Assembly: GCA_965648935.1 (NCBI GenBank)
Contig: CBFGIY010000043.1
Span: 1-20,483 of the forward strand
DNA: 20,483 bases
Direction of reading: 5' to 3'
Source: a candidate division WOR-3 bacterium
GTDB taxonomy: Bacteria > Hydrothermota > Tepidihabitantia > Tepidihabitantales > Tepidihabitantaceae
Positions within the stretch are counted from its first letter, which is position 1. Each line of letters starts with the position of its first letter. The notes beneath the pieces are model-generated. The model did not search any database. It was not told the origin of the DNA and saw only the letters and a list, made by a program, of their open reading frames with translations. Position numbers and translations under genes: made by a program. Below, piece by piece: positions 8,314 through 15,911 of the stretch.

Positions 8314-8395
8314 GAGCGGCGGCGCGGTCGACTTGCACCTCCTCCCCTACCCTCCACAAGTTGACCTACCTCCCTGCCCGCCGCTCTTTCTGTTT
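8314..8395 (+). ncRNA. putative small RNA: long hairpin with C/U-rich anti-SD loop and bulge, followed by a U-tract
   Basis: Outer stem GAGCGGCGG (8314-8322)/CCGCCGCTC (8378-8386). Inner stem GGTCGACTTG (8326-8335)/CAAGTTGACC (8357-8366). 21-nt loop CACCTCCTCCCCTACCCTCCA, bulge TACCTCCCT, tail TTTCTGTTT. It has its own promoter. Confidence 0.6.
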
Positions 8396-8497
8396 GCGCG
8401 GTCTGCCGGGTCGGCGCCGGGCAGCAGGCCAAGCCGCTTGATGAGCCTCTCCAGTTCTTGATGTTGTCGGGCGTGACGGTGCGAAGCGTCACCTCGG

Positions 8498-8525
8498 TTG
8501 ACTTCCGAGGCGTGGTTTCTATAAT
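8498..8525 (+). promoter_or_regulatory. promoter of tRNA-Leu-deoB-cdd
   Basis: TTGACT (8498-8503)-N16-TATAAT (8520-8525), followed by a GC-rich discriminator-like stretch. Confidence 0.75.
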
Positions 8526-8554
8526 CCCTCGCCGCCCTGACCGGTTCGTTTTCT

Positions 8555-8637
8555 GCCGGGGTGGTGGAATTGGCAGACACGCTTGGTTGAGGGCCAAGTG
8601 CCTATAAAGCATGCAGGTTCAAATCCTGTCCCCGGCA
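8555..8637 (+). tRNA. tRNA-Leu (anticodon GAG), CCA not encoded
   Basis: Acceptor stem GCCGGGG/CCCCGGC plus discriminator A; D-arm GGTGGAATTGGCAGACAC; anticodon arm CTTGG-TTGAGGG-CCAAG; long variable arm; T-arm GCAGG-TTCAAAT-CCTGT. Confidence 0.96.
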
Positions 8638-8648
8638 TTCCGGTCCGT

Positions 8649-9833
8649 ATGCCTCGTGCCATAGTAGTCGTGCTTGACGGCGTCGGCGTCGGCGAACTGC
8701 CCGACGCCGAGGCCTATGGCGATGTCGGTTCGAACACGCTGGCCAATGTCGCCCGCGCGGCCGGCGGTCTTCACCTGCCCAATCTTCAGGCTCTCGGTCT
8801 CGGCAACGTAATCCCGGTCGCGGGTGTGCAGCCGGCGCGCGCGCCGCGGGCCTGCTTCGGCCGAATGGCTGAGCGGTCCGCGGGCAAGGATTCCACCACC
8901 GGCCACTGGGAAATCGCCGGCATCGTGACCGCCGAGCCGTTTCCGATGTTTCCCGACGGGTTCCCACCCGAGCTGATTGAGCGGGTGGAGGCGGCTCTGG
9001 GCCGTGAGGTGATCGGCAACTGCGCGGCTTCGGGCACCGAGATCATCGAGCGGCTCGGGGCGGAGCATCTCGCCACGGGCAGGCCGATTGTGTACACCTC
9101 GGCGGACAGCGTGCTGCAGGTCGCCTGCCACGAGCGCGTGATGCCCTCAGGCGAGCTGCACCGCGCCTGCGAGCGCATCCGGGCGGTAATGCAGGGGCCG
9201 TGGCGGGTCGGACGCGTGATTGCCCGGCCGTTCTGCGGCGAGCCGGGCGCGTTCCGCCGAACCTCGGCCCGGCGCGACTTCTCCTGCCCGCCGCCCGACG
9301 GGACGCTTCTGGACAATTGCATCGCGGCAGGGCTGGAGGTGACCGGCATCGGCAAGGTTGACGACCTTTTCGCCCGGCGCGGGTTCACGCGGATGCGCCA
9401 TTCGGTGGATAACCGCGAGTGCGTCGGGTTCATCCTCGAAACGCTGGCCGGGCAGCAGGGCGGGCTGGTGTTCGCCAACCTCGTGCAGTTCGACATGGAA
9501 TGGGGCCACCGCAATGACTGGCGCGGGTTCGCGCGCGGGCTGGAGGAGCTTGACGCGCGGCTGGGCGCGGTACTCGACGCGCTCGCGCCCGGGGATCTGC
9601 TCCTGCTGACCGCCGACCATGGCAACGACCCGACCACGCCGTCGACCGACCACTCGCGCGAGTACGTGCCGCTGCTTGCGTTCGGGCCGGGACTGAGATC
9701 GGGCGTGAATCTGGGCACGCGCTCGAGCTTCGCCGACGCGGGTCAGACCTGCGCCGAACTGCTCGGGACGAGGCCGGTGCCGGAGGGCCGGAGTTTTCTG
9801 GCCAGACTGATGCCGGGAGGTGATGGTGACTAA
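8649..9833 (+). CDS. deoB: phosphopentomutase (394 aa)
   Basis: VVLDGVGVGELPDA..YGD.GSNTL, GKDSTTGHWEIAG, YTSADSVLQ, GHRND and TADHGNDPT..STDHSREYVP motifs. Start moved to ATG 8649 because the ORF-track start lies inside the tRNA. Confidence 0.96.
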   Translation: MPRAIVVVLDGVGVGELPDAEAYGDVGSNTLANVARAAGGLHLPNLQALGLGNVIPVAGVQPARAPRACFGRMAERSAGKDSTTGHWEIAGIVTAEPFPMFPDGFPPELIERVEAALGREVIGNCAASGTEIIERLGAEHLATGRPIVYTSADSVLQVACHERVMPSGELHRACERIRAVMQGPWRVGRVIARPFCGEPGAFRRTSARRDFSCPPPDGTLLDNCIAAGLEVTGIGKVDDLFARRGFTRMRHSVDNRECVGFILETLAGQQGGLVFANLVQFDMEWGHRNDWRGFARGLEELDARLGAVLDALAPGDLLLLTADHGNDPTTPSTDHSREYVPLLAFGPGLRSGVNLGTRSSFADAGQTCAELLGTRPVPEGRSFLARLMPGGDGD

Positions 9834-10218
9834 GACGATGCAGGGCAGGCTGCTGCGCGCGGCCCGGGCCGCGGCGCGCAATGCCTATGCGCCGTTTTCC
9901 GGGCTGCGGGTCGGCGCGGCCGTGCTCGCCGGGTCGGGCAAGGTGTATTCCGGGGCCAATGTCGAGAACAGCTCGTTCGGGCTGACCGTGTGCGCCGAGC
10001 GGGTGGCGGTGTTCAAGGCGGTCAGCGCGGGCGAGCGGCAGGTCAGGGCCGTGCTCGTGTACGCTGACACCGAGGAGTTGACCTCGCCGTGCGGAGCCTG
10101 CCGCCAGGTCATCTTTGAGTTCGGCGGCTCGGCCGAGGTCGTGATGACCGATGGCCGCCGGTCGGAAGCGCGCTGCCTTGCCGACTTGCTGCCGTCCGGA
10201 TTCCGGTTCGAGAAGTAG
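9826..10218 (+). CDS. cdd: cytidine deaminase (homotetrameric type)
   Basis: NAYAPFS..VGAA, GANVENSSFGLTVCAER and PCGACRQ motifs. GGAGG at 9816-9820; exact start (9823, 9826 or 9838) is uncertain. Confidence 0.94.
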   Translation: MTKTMQGRLLRAARAAARNAYAPFSGLRVGAAVLAGSGKVYSGANVENSSFGLTVCAERVAVFKAVSAGERQVRAVLVYADTEELTSPCGACRQVIFEFGGSAEVVMTDGRRSEARCLADLLPSGFRFEK

Positions 10219-10220
10219 AG

Positions 10221-11471
10221 CTAGCTGATGCGGTCCAGCCCGCCCATGTAGGGCCGCAGGACTTCGGGCACCACAACCGAACCGTCGGCCTGCTGGCAGT
10301 TCTCGACAACGCTGATGAACACCCGCGGCAGGGCCAGAGCCGAGCCGTTGAGCGCGTGCGGCAAGAACGTCTTGCCGTCCGCGCCGCGCGCCCGGATTCC
10401 CCCGCGCCGGGTCTGGTAATCCTCGCAGTTGGAGATTGACGACACTTCGAGCCAGCGGCCCACGCCCGGTGCCCACGCCTCGAGGTCGTAGGTCTTGGCC
10501 GACTGGAACGCTATGTCCCAGGCGGCCAGCCGCTTGACCCGGTAGGGGAGGCCGAGGTCGCGCAGCAGGCTCTCGGACTCGGCCCGCATCTCCTCGAGCG
10601 CCGCGTAGGACTCCTCGGGCCGCACGAGGCGGACGTTCTCGACCTTGTCGAACTGGTGGATGCGCACCATCCCGCGCACGTCCTTGCCGTACGAGCCGGC
10701 CTCGCGCCGGAAACAGGGCGAGTAGGCGACGTACTTGACCGGCAGCAGCGCGGCGTCGAGGGTCTCGCCGCGGTGGTACCCGACGAGCATCGGCTCGGAG
10801 GTCGGCGCGAGGTAGAACTCGTCGTCGCGCATGCGGTACATCTCGCCCTCAAGATGGGGCAGCTGGCCGGTCGCCTCGAGCGTGGCCGCGTTGACCAGCA
10901 CGGGCGGCGATATCTCGGTGTAGCCGTGGCGCCGGGTGTTGGTGTCGAGGAAGTAGTTGATCAGCGCGCGCTCGAGCAGCGCGCCCTGCCCGCGGAACAG
11001 CGTGAACCGCGACCCGGCCAGCCGGGCCCCGGCCTCGAGGTCGATTATGCCCAGGGCCGCGCCCAGATCCCAGTGGGCGAGCGGCTGGAAGTCAAACGCG
11101 CGCGGCTCGCCCCACTGCGCGACAGTCTCCTCCTCGTCGGTGACGCTGGGGTGCACGACATTGGGCAGGGCCCGGGCCAGCTCGGCCTGCTTCTGTTCGA
11201 CTGCCGCGAGGTCGGCGTCGAGCCGCTTGACCAGGTCCGAGAGCTCGCGCGCCTCGGCTACCTCGGCGTCGCACGGCCGACGCTCCTTCTTGGCGCGGCC
11301 GACCGCCTCGGAGACCCCGCGCTGGCGGAAGCGGGCATCGTCGCGCTCGCGCACGAGTCTCTTGCGCTCGGCGTCAAGCGCGACCAGGGCGTCGATGTCG
11401 CCGGGCTTGCGGCGCAGGGCGAGGATGCGCCGCGCTTCGTCGGGATTCTCGCGGACAAGCCTTATGTCCAT
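10221..11471 (-). CDS. serS: serine--tRNA ligase
   Basis: N-terminal coiled coil, LAPTSE, CFRREAGSYGKDVRG.VRIHQFDKVE, EVSSISNCEDYQTRR and LNGSALA motifs. Confidence 0.97.
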   Translation of the reverse strand: MDIRLVRENPDEARRILALRRKPGDIDALVALDAERKRLVRERDDARFRQRGVSEAVGRAKKERRPCDAEVAEARELSDLVKRLDADLAAVEQKQAELARALPNVVHPSVTDEEETVAQWGEPRAFDFQPLAHWDLGAALGIIDLEAGARLAGSRFTLFRGQGALLERALINYFLDTNTRRHGYTEISPPVLVNAATLEATGQLPHLEGEMYRMRDDEFYLAPTSEPMLVGYHRGETLDAALLPVKYVAYSPCFRREAGSYGKDVRGMVRIHQFDKVENVRLVRPEESYAALEEMRAESESLLRDLGLPYRVKRLAAWDIAFQSAKTYDLEAWAPGVGRWLEVSSISNCEDYQTRRGGIRARGADGKTFLPHALNGSALALPRVFISVVENCQQADGSVVVPEVLRPYMGGLDRIS

Positions 11472-11477
11472 TGGCGG

Positions 11478-11506
11478 ATTCTAGGCCGGCAGAGGCCCCC
11501 GGTCAA
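11478..11506 (-). promoter_or_regulatory. serS promoter, leaderless geometry
   Basis: TTGACC (11506-11501, overlapping the ribE stop)-N17-TAGAAT (11483-11478)-6 nt-ATG; no SD. Confidence 0.7.
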
Positions 11507-12084
11507 ACCGGGTTGCGCGGCGCGCGCGCCGCCTTGACGAGCAGGTCGTACTCGATGTTGACCCGGTCGCGCGCGCGGCGCAGGCGCAGGGTCGTGCCGG
11601 CCCAGGTATGCGGGATGATGTTGACCGTGAACTCGCGGGGCCGGAGCCCGGCCACGGTCAGGCTGACCCCGTCAACGCAGACCGAGCCGCGCTCGACCAT
11701 AAGCGGCGCGCTGCCGGTGCCGACCGCGACCGACCAGTAGTCGGCCCGGCGGGCGATGCGCCTGATCAGGCCGACCTCGTCGACGTGGCCCTGCACAAAG
11801 TGGCCGCCCAGCCGGTCGCCGGCAGAGAGCGCGCGCTCGAGGTTCACGGCCGAGCCCGGGCGCAGGCTGCCCAGGGTCGTGGCCTTCACGGTTGCGGCGA
11901 CCGCCTCGGCCGCAAATGTGCGCGCGTCCGCGGCGGTGACGGTAAGGCAGACGCCGCTGACCGCGACGCTGTCCCCGACCTTGAGTTCGGGCGCGAACGG
12001 CGCTTCAATCACGAGGACGCGGCCGCCGCCGCGGCCGACCGCCGACACGACTCTGCCGACCGCCTCAACCAGCCCGGTGAACAT
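11503..12084 (-). CDS. ribE: riboflavin synthase (alpha chain)
   Basis: MFTGLV N-terminus, GDSVAVSGVCLTV, VNLERAL and LGGHFVQGHVD motifs (called ribC in E. coli nomenclature). Confidence 0.95.
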   Translation of the reverse strand: MFTGLVEAVGRVVSAVGRGGGRVLVIEAPFAPELKVGDSVAVSGVCLTVTAADARTFAAEAVAATVKATTLGSLRPGSAVNLERALSAGDRLGGHFVQGHVDEVGLIRRIARRADYWSVAVGTGSAPLMVERGSVCVDGVSLTVAGLRPREFTVNIIPHTWAGTTLRLRRARDRVNIEYDLLVKAARAPRNPV

Positions 12085-13147
12085 AGCCCTCGATGAGCGT
12101 GTCCGTGCCCAGCCTCGTCACGGTTGTCTGCCTGAGCCTGATGGCGTCGGCCAGGCGGCGCGGCCTGATGTGAGCGCTGAAAGAGCGTCCCGGCCCGAGT
12201 ATCGTCGGCGCGACAAAGGCGCACACCTTGTCCACCGCCCCGGATTGCAGGGCGGACGATGCGGTCTGGGCACCGCCTTCGATGAGCAGCGTTGAGACTT
12301 CGCGCCGGTAGAGCTCGGCCAGCACGGCCGGCCAGTCGAGCATACGGTCGGGCCCGGGCTCGATGACCGCGACCTCGGCCCCGGCCCCCTTGAGCGCGCG
12401 CGCCCGCCCCCGCCGGCGCGCGCCGGTCAGAATCAGGACCGGCCCGGGTTCGCGGAACAGCAGCGCGGTCGGCCGGGTTTCGAGGTTCGAGTCAAGCACG
12501 ACGCGCAGGAGGCGCTTGCCGCGCAGCACGCGGCAGGTCAGGCGCGGGTCGTCGGCCAGGACCGTGCCCGCGCCGACGAGTATCGCGTCCGCGGCCCGGC
12601 GCAGGCTCTGGCCGGCGGCGCGCGCGCGCGGCCCGGTAATCCACTGCGACCGGCCGGCGCGGTCAGCGATCATCCCGTCGAGCGTGAGGGCCAGCTTGAG
12701 CACGACGAACGGCCGGCGATTGCGCACATAGCAGAAGTAGGCTTCGTTCAGCCGTTCGGCGGCCTCGCGCATCAGCCCGAGTTCGACCCTGACACCGCGC
12801 GCGCGCAGGCAGCGCAGGCCGCGGCCGTTGACCGCCGGGTTGGGGTCGGTGCCGGCGGCGACGACCCGGCTGATGCCGGCCGCGGTCACGGCATCGGTGC
12901 ACGCCGGTGTCTTGGCGCAGATGCAGCACGGTTCCATTGTCACGTAGAGGGTCGAACCGGCGGCCCGGGCCCCGGCGTCGCGGATGGCCTCAACCTCGGC
13001 GTGGGGGCCGCCGAACCGCCTGTGCCAGCCGCGGCCGACCACCCGACCGGCCTTGACCAGCACCGCGCCGACCATCGGGTTGGGCGCGACCCGGCCCAGG
13101 CCGCGGGCGGCCAGTTCCAGCGCCTCGGCCATGAACCGGGACTGCAC
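12065..13147 (-). CDS. ribD: bifunctional diaminohydroxyphosphoribosylaminopyrimidine deaminase / reductase
   Basis: PNPMVGAV, HAE and EPC..TPAC deaminase motifs; TLDG..SQWITG, DDPRLT and LLIEGG reductase motifs. Confidence 0.96.
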   Translation of the reverse strand: MQSRFMAEALELAARGLGRVAPNPMVGAVLVKAGRVVGRGWHRRFGGPHAEVEAIRDAGARAAGSTLYVTMEPCCICAKTPACTDAVTAAGISRVVAAGTDPNPAVNGRGLRCLRARGVRVELGLMREAAERLNEAYFCYVRNRRPFVVLKLALTLDGMIADRAGRSQWITGPRARAAGQSLRRAADAILVGAGTVLADDPRLTCRVLRGKRLLRVVLDSNLETRPTALLFREPGPVLILTGARRRGRARALKGAGAEVAVIEPGPDRMLDWPAVLAELYRREVSTLLIEGGAQTASSALQSGAVDKVCAFVAPTILGPGRSFSAHIRPRRLADAIRLRQTTVTRLGTDTLIEGYVHRAG

Positions 13148-13152
13148 GGCCC

Positions 13153-13181
13153 ATCCTAAGCGGCGGCGATGAGGAAGTCAA
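13153..13181 (-). promoter_or_regulatory. ribD promoter, leaderless geometry
   Basis: TTGACT (13181-13176)-N17-TAGGAT (13158-13153)-5 nt-GTG 13147. Confidence 0.65.
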
Positions 13182-13196
13182 GCCGCCGGCAGGGCG

Positions 13197-13484
13197 TCAG
13201 TCGTAGGCGATGCTGAAGTCGTCGTACTCGTGGCCGTAGTCCAGCCACTCGGCCGTGACGCCGGTCACCGCGGCGCCGCGCGGCCCGGAGCGGAGCTTCC
13301 CGACGAGCGATTCGAGCGCGGCCCGGTCGCCCTCGGCGCGCACCTCGACCCGGCCGTCGGGCAGATTGCGCACCTCGCCGCAGAGCCCGAGCGCGCGGGC
13401 CTCGCGGTAGACGAACATCCGGAAGAACACGCCCTGGACCCGGCCCGAGACGAAAGCGTGGAGCGCGGTCTTGCTGTCTGACAT
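13197..13484 (-). CDS. acyP: acylphosphatase (95 aa)
   Basis: VSGRVQGVFFR and GEVRNLPDGRVEV motifs. Start moved to ATG 13484. Confidence 0.93.
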   Translation of the reverse strand: MSDSKTALHAFVSGRVQGVFFRMFVYREARALGLCGEVRNLPDGRVEVRAEGDRAALESLVGKLRSGPRGAAVTGVTAEWLDYGHEYDDFSIAYD

Positions 13485-13492
13485 CGCTTCCA

Positions 13493-13520
13493 AGGATATG
13501 CCCGCACGGCAGGCTGTCAA
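13493..13520 (-). promoter_or_regulatory. acyP promoter
   Basis: TTGACA (13520-13515)-N16-TATCCT (13498-13493)-8 nt-ATG. Confidence 0.7.
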
Positions 13521-13534
13521 AGCCCGAGGTGGGT

Positions 13535-13562
13535 TTGACAGCTATCGGCGCGGCGCTATCCT
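13535..13562 (+). promoter_or_regulatory. lolA operon promoter, leaderless geometry
   Basis: TTGACA (13535-13540)-N16-TATCCT (13557-13562)-6 nt-ATG 13569. Confidence 0.72.
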
Positions 13563-13568
13563 CATCTC

Positions 13569-14168
13569 ATGCGTTCAGTCTTTGTCACGCTCTGCCTGCT
13601 CGCCGCGCTGGCCGCCGCGGCCGCGCCGGAATGGGCCGCGCTGCGCGCGCGCTACCTTTCGCTGCGGACCCTGTCGGGTACTTTCGAACAGACGACCTGC
13701 AGCGACCTCGACGGCACGTGCCAGCGGTTCACGGGCAGTTTCCGGTTCCGGCTGCCCGGCCGGTTCCGGCTCGAGGTCGAGTCGCCCCAGCGGCAGGTGA
13801 TCGTCAGCGACAGCACGACGCTGTGGATCTACCTGCCCGACGAGAAGCGCGCGATACGCCAGCCGGCGTACGGGCCGTCGCCGGTGCTCGCCTTCCTCGA
13901 CCCGGTGCTCGACCCGAACACCGAGGCGAGGGTGACGCGCGATTCGACCGGGCCCCGGCTCGTGCAGGTGCTCACGCCCGATTCGCTCTCCGCGCTCTCC
14001 GACCTCGTGCTCGAGCTCGACGCCGCCGGCACGCGCATCACCGCGTTCTCGTTCAGCGACGGCTGGGGCAACAAGACCCGGTTCGCGCTGTCGAACCAGC
14101 AGTGGAACCCGCGCCTGGCCGACCGGCTGTTCACCTTCACCCCGCCCAAGGGCACGACGATTGAGTAG
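13569..14168 (+). CDS. lolA: outer-membrane lipoprotein carrier LolA family protein
   Basis: Signal peptide; TLSGTFEQ, G.F...PGRFRLE, QVIVSD.TTLWIY.P and C-terminal FTFTPPKG motifs. Confidence 0.85.
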   Translation: MRSVFVTLCLLAALAAAAAPEWAALRARYLSLRTLSGTFEQTTCSDLDGTCQRFTGSFRFRLPGRFRLEVESPQRQVIVSDSTTLWIYLPDEKRAIRQPAYGPSPVLAFLDPVLDPNTEARVTRDSTGPRLVQVLTPDSLSALSDLVLELDAAGTRITAFSFSDGWGNKTRFALSNQQWNPRLADRLFTFTPPKGTTIE

Positions 14169-14562
14169 TCCCCAGCGCTACGAGGACCCGGGCACCTGCT
14201 TCGCCTGCGGCCGGCACAACCCGCACGGGCTGCAGTTGCCGATCGTGCCGACCGCGGACGGCGTCGAGCTGGAGTGGGCCGTGCCGGCCCGGTACTCGGG
14301 CTGGCGCGACGTGGTGCACGGCGGCATCGTTTCGACGATTCTCGATGAGCTGATGGCGTGGGCCTGCTCGGCGCGCGGCACCTACACGGTGACGGCCGAA
14401 CTGGCGGTGCGGTTTCGCCGGCCCCTGCCGGCGGAGAAGCCTTTCCGCGGCCACGGCGCGGTCACCGGCGAGAAGGGCCGGGTGCTGTTCGCGGCCAGCC
14501 GCATCACGCTGCCCGACGGCACGCTCGTCGCCGAGGCGACCGGCAAGATGATGAAGGTATGA
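14161..14562 (+). CDS. PaaI-family hotdog-fold thioesterase
   Basis: CFACG..NP.GL, VVHGGIVSTILDE and TAELAVRFRRP motifs. TTG start overlaps the lolA end. Confidence 0.88.
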   Translation: MSSPQRYEDPGTCFACGRHNPHGLQLPIVPTADGVELEWAVPARYSGWRDVVHGGIVSTILDELMAWACSARGTYTVTAELAVRFRRPLPAEKPFRGHGAVTGEKGRVLFAASRITLPDGTLVAEATGKMMKV

Positions 14563-15881
14563 CCGCCCGGTCGGCCGCGGTCATACTGCTCGGCTGTCCC
14601 AAGAACCAGGTCGATACCGAGGTCGCGCTCGGCTCGCTTGCGCGCGCCGGCTGGCGAATAGTCACCGACCCGGCCCGGGCTGATCTCATCGTCATAACTA
14701 CCTGCGCGTTTCTCGGCTCGGCGGTGCGCGAGTCCGAGGCGGTCATCGAGCGCACCCTGCGGCTGAAACGGGCCCGGGCCGACCTCAAGGTCGCGGTCGG
14801 CGGCTGCCTTGTCCAGCGGTTCGGCGAGGAGCTCGCGCGCCGGTTTCCCGAAGTCGACCTGTGGGTCGGGATCGACGCGCTGGCCGACATCCCGCGGCTG
14901 CTGCGGCTGCGCGCGCGGTCGTTCTACTGCGCCGAGCCGCGCGCGGTGGCGCCGGCGGGCGCGGCGCGGCTGCTCTCGACCCCGCGCCACTTCGCCTATC
15001 TCAAGATCGCCGACGGCTGCGACAACCGCTGCTCCTACTGTCTGATTCCGTCAATCCGGGGCCGACTGCGGTCGCGGCCGGCCGAGGCGATACTGGAGGA
15101 GGCGCGCGGCCTGGCGCGGCTGGGCGCGCGCGAGCTGGTGCTGGTCGCGCAGGACACCACGGCCTGGGGCTCGGACCGCGCCGGCCGGCCCGGGCTTGCC
15201 GACCTCCTCTGCCGGCTCGGCCGCATCCGCGGCATCGGCTGGCTGCGCCTGATGTACGCCCACCCGGCCCACGTCGACGACCGCCTGCTTGACGAGTTTC
15301 GCGCCAACCCGAAGCTCTGCCGCTACCTCGACCTGCCGGTGCAGCATGTCGCCGACCGCATACTGAAGAAGATGAACCGGCGCTGCACGCGGCGCGACAT
15401 CGAGCGCGTGCTCGAGCGGGCCCGCGCCGTCGACGGGATGCGGCTGCGCACCACGGTCATCGTCGGGTTTCCGGGCGAGACCGACCGCGAGTTCGAGGAG
15501 CTGCTCGGGTTTGTCCGCGCCGCGCGGTTCGACCGGCTGTCGGCCTACGCCTACTCGGCCGAGCCGGGCACCGCGGCCGCGGCCCTGCCGGGCCAGGTGC
15601 CGGCCCGGGTCAAGCGCGAGCGGCTGGCAGAGCTGATGCGCGCGCAGGCCCGCATCTCGCGCGCGAACCTGCGCCGGCTGGTCGGTTCAGAGCTGACCGC
15701 GCTGGTTGACCAACCCGGCATCGGCCGCACCGAGTGGGACGCGCCCGAGGTGGACGGCACGGTGCGGCTTGAGGGCAGGCCGGCGCGGGCCGGCGCGTTC
15801 GTCCGCTGCCGCGTCACTCGCTCGTCGACCCACGACCTCGCGGCTGCGGTGATCGGCGCGGCGCGCGGCCAGCCACGTTGA
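14559..15881 (+). CDS. rimO: ribosomal protein S12 methylthiotransferase (440 aa)
   Basis: LGCPKNQVD, TCAF and GCLVQR (UPF0004 domain); YLKIADGCDNRCSYCLIP radical-SAM CxxxCxxC; DAPEVDG in the TRAM domain. ATG 14559 overlaps the upstream stop (ATGA). Confidence 0.93.
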   Translation: MTARSAAVILLGCPKNQVDTEVALGSLARAGWRIVTDPARADLIVITTCAFLGSAVRESEAVIERTLRLKRARADLKVAVGGCLVQRFGEELARRFPEVDLWVGIDALADIPRLLRLRARSFYCAEPRAVAPAGAARLLSTPRHFAYLKIADGCDNRCSYCLIPSIRGRLRSRPAEAILEEARGLARLGARELVLVAQDTTAWGSDRAGRPGLADLLCRLGRIRGIGWLRLMYAHPAHVDDRLLDEFRANPKLCRYLDLPVQHVADRILKKMNRRCTRRDIERVLERARAVDGMRLRTTVIVGFPGETDREFEELLGFVRAARFDRLSAYAYSAEPGTAAAALPGQVPARVKRERLAELMRAQARISRANLRRLVGSELTALVDQPGIGRTEWDAPEVDGTVRLEGRPARAGAFVRCRVTRSSTHDLAAAVIGAARGQPR

Positions 15882-15905
15882 CACCGTAGCGCCGGCCAAT
15901 AGAAT
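15878..15905 (+). promoter_or_regulatory. purN operon promoter, leaderless geometry
   Basis: TTGACA (15878-15883, containing the rimO stop)-N16-TAGAAT (15900-15905)-6 nt-ATG 15912. Confidence 0.72.
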
Positions 15906-15911
15906 CGCACG

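Noticed and set aside
8330..8345. 16S rRNA 3'-end fragment (CACCTCCT)
   Set aside because: The flanking sequence lacks the helix 45 / GGATCA context, so the motif is better explained as the loop of a separate hairpin.
8301..8612. ORF-track ORFs 8301..8612 and 8347..8580 as intact genes
   Set aside because: They start antisense inside the tRNA, cross its promoter and have no recognisable motifs.
8555..8649. tRNA as an integration site for a genomic island
   Set aside because: No integrase and no duplicated tRNA 3' end were seen, and housekeeping genes follow directly.
10216..10223. Convergent gene ends with no terminator (cdd/serS 2 nt apart; 7606-7609 overlap)
   Set aside because: This is common in compact genomes and no further signal was seen.
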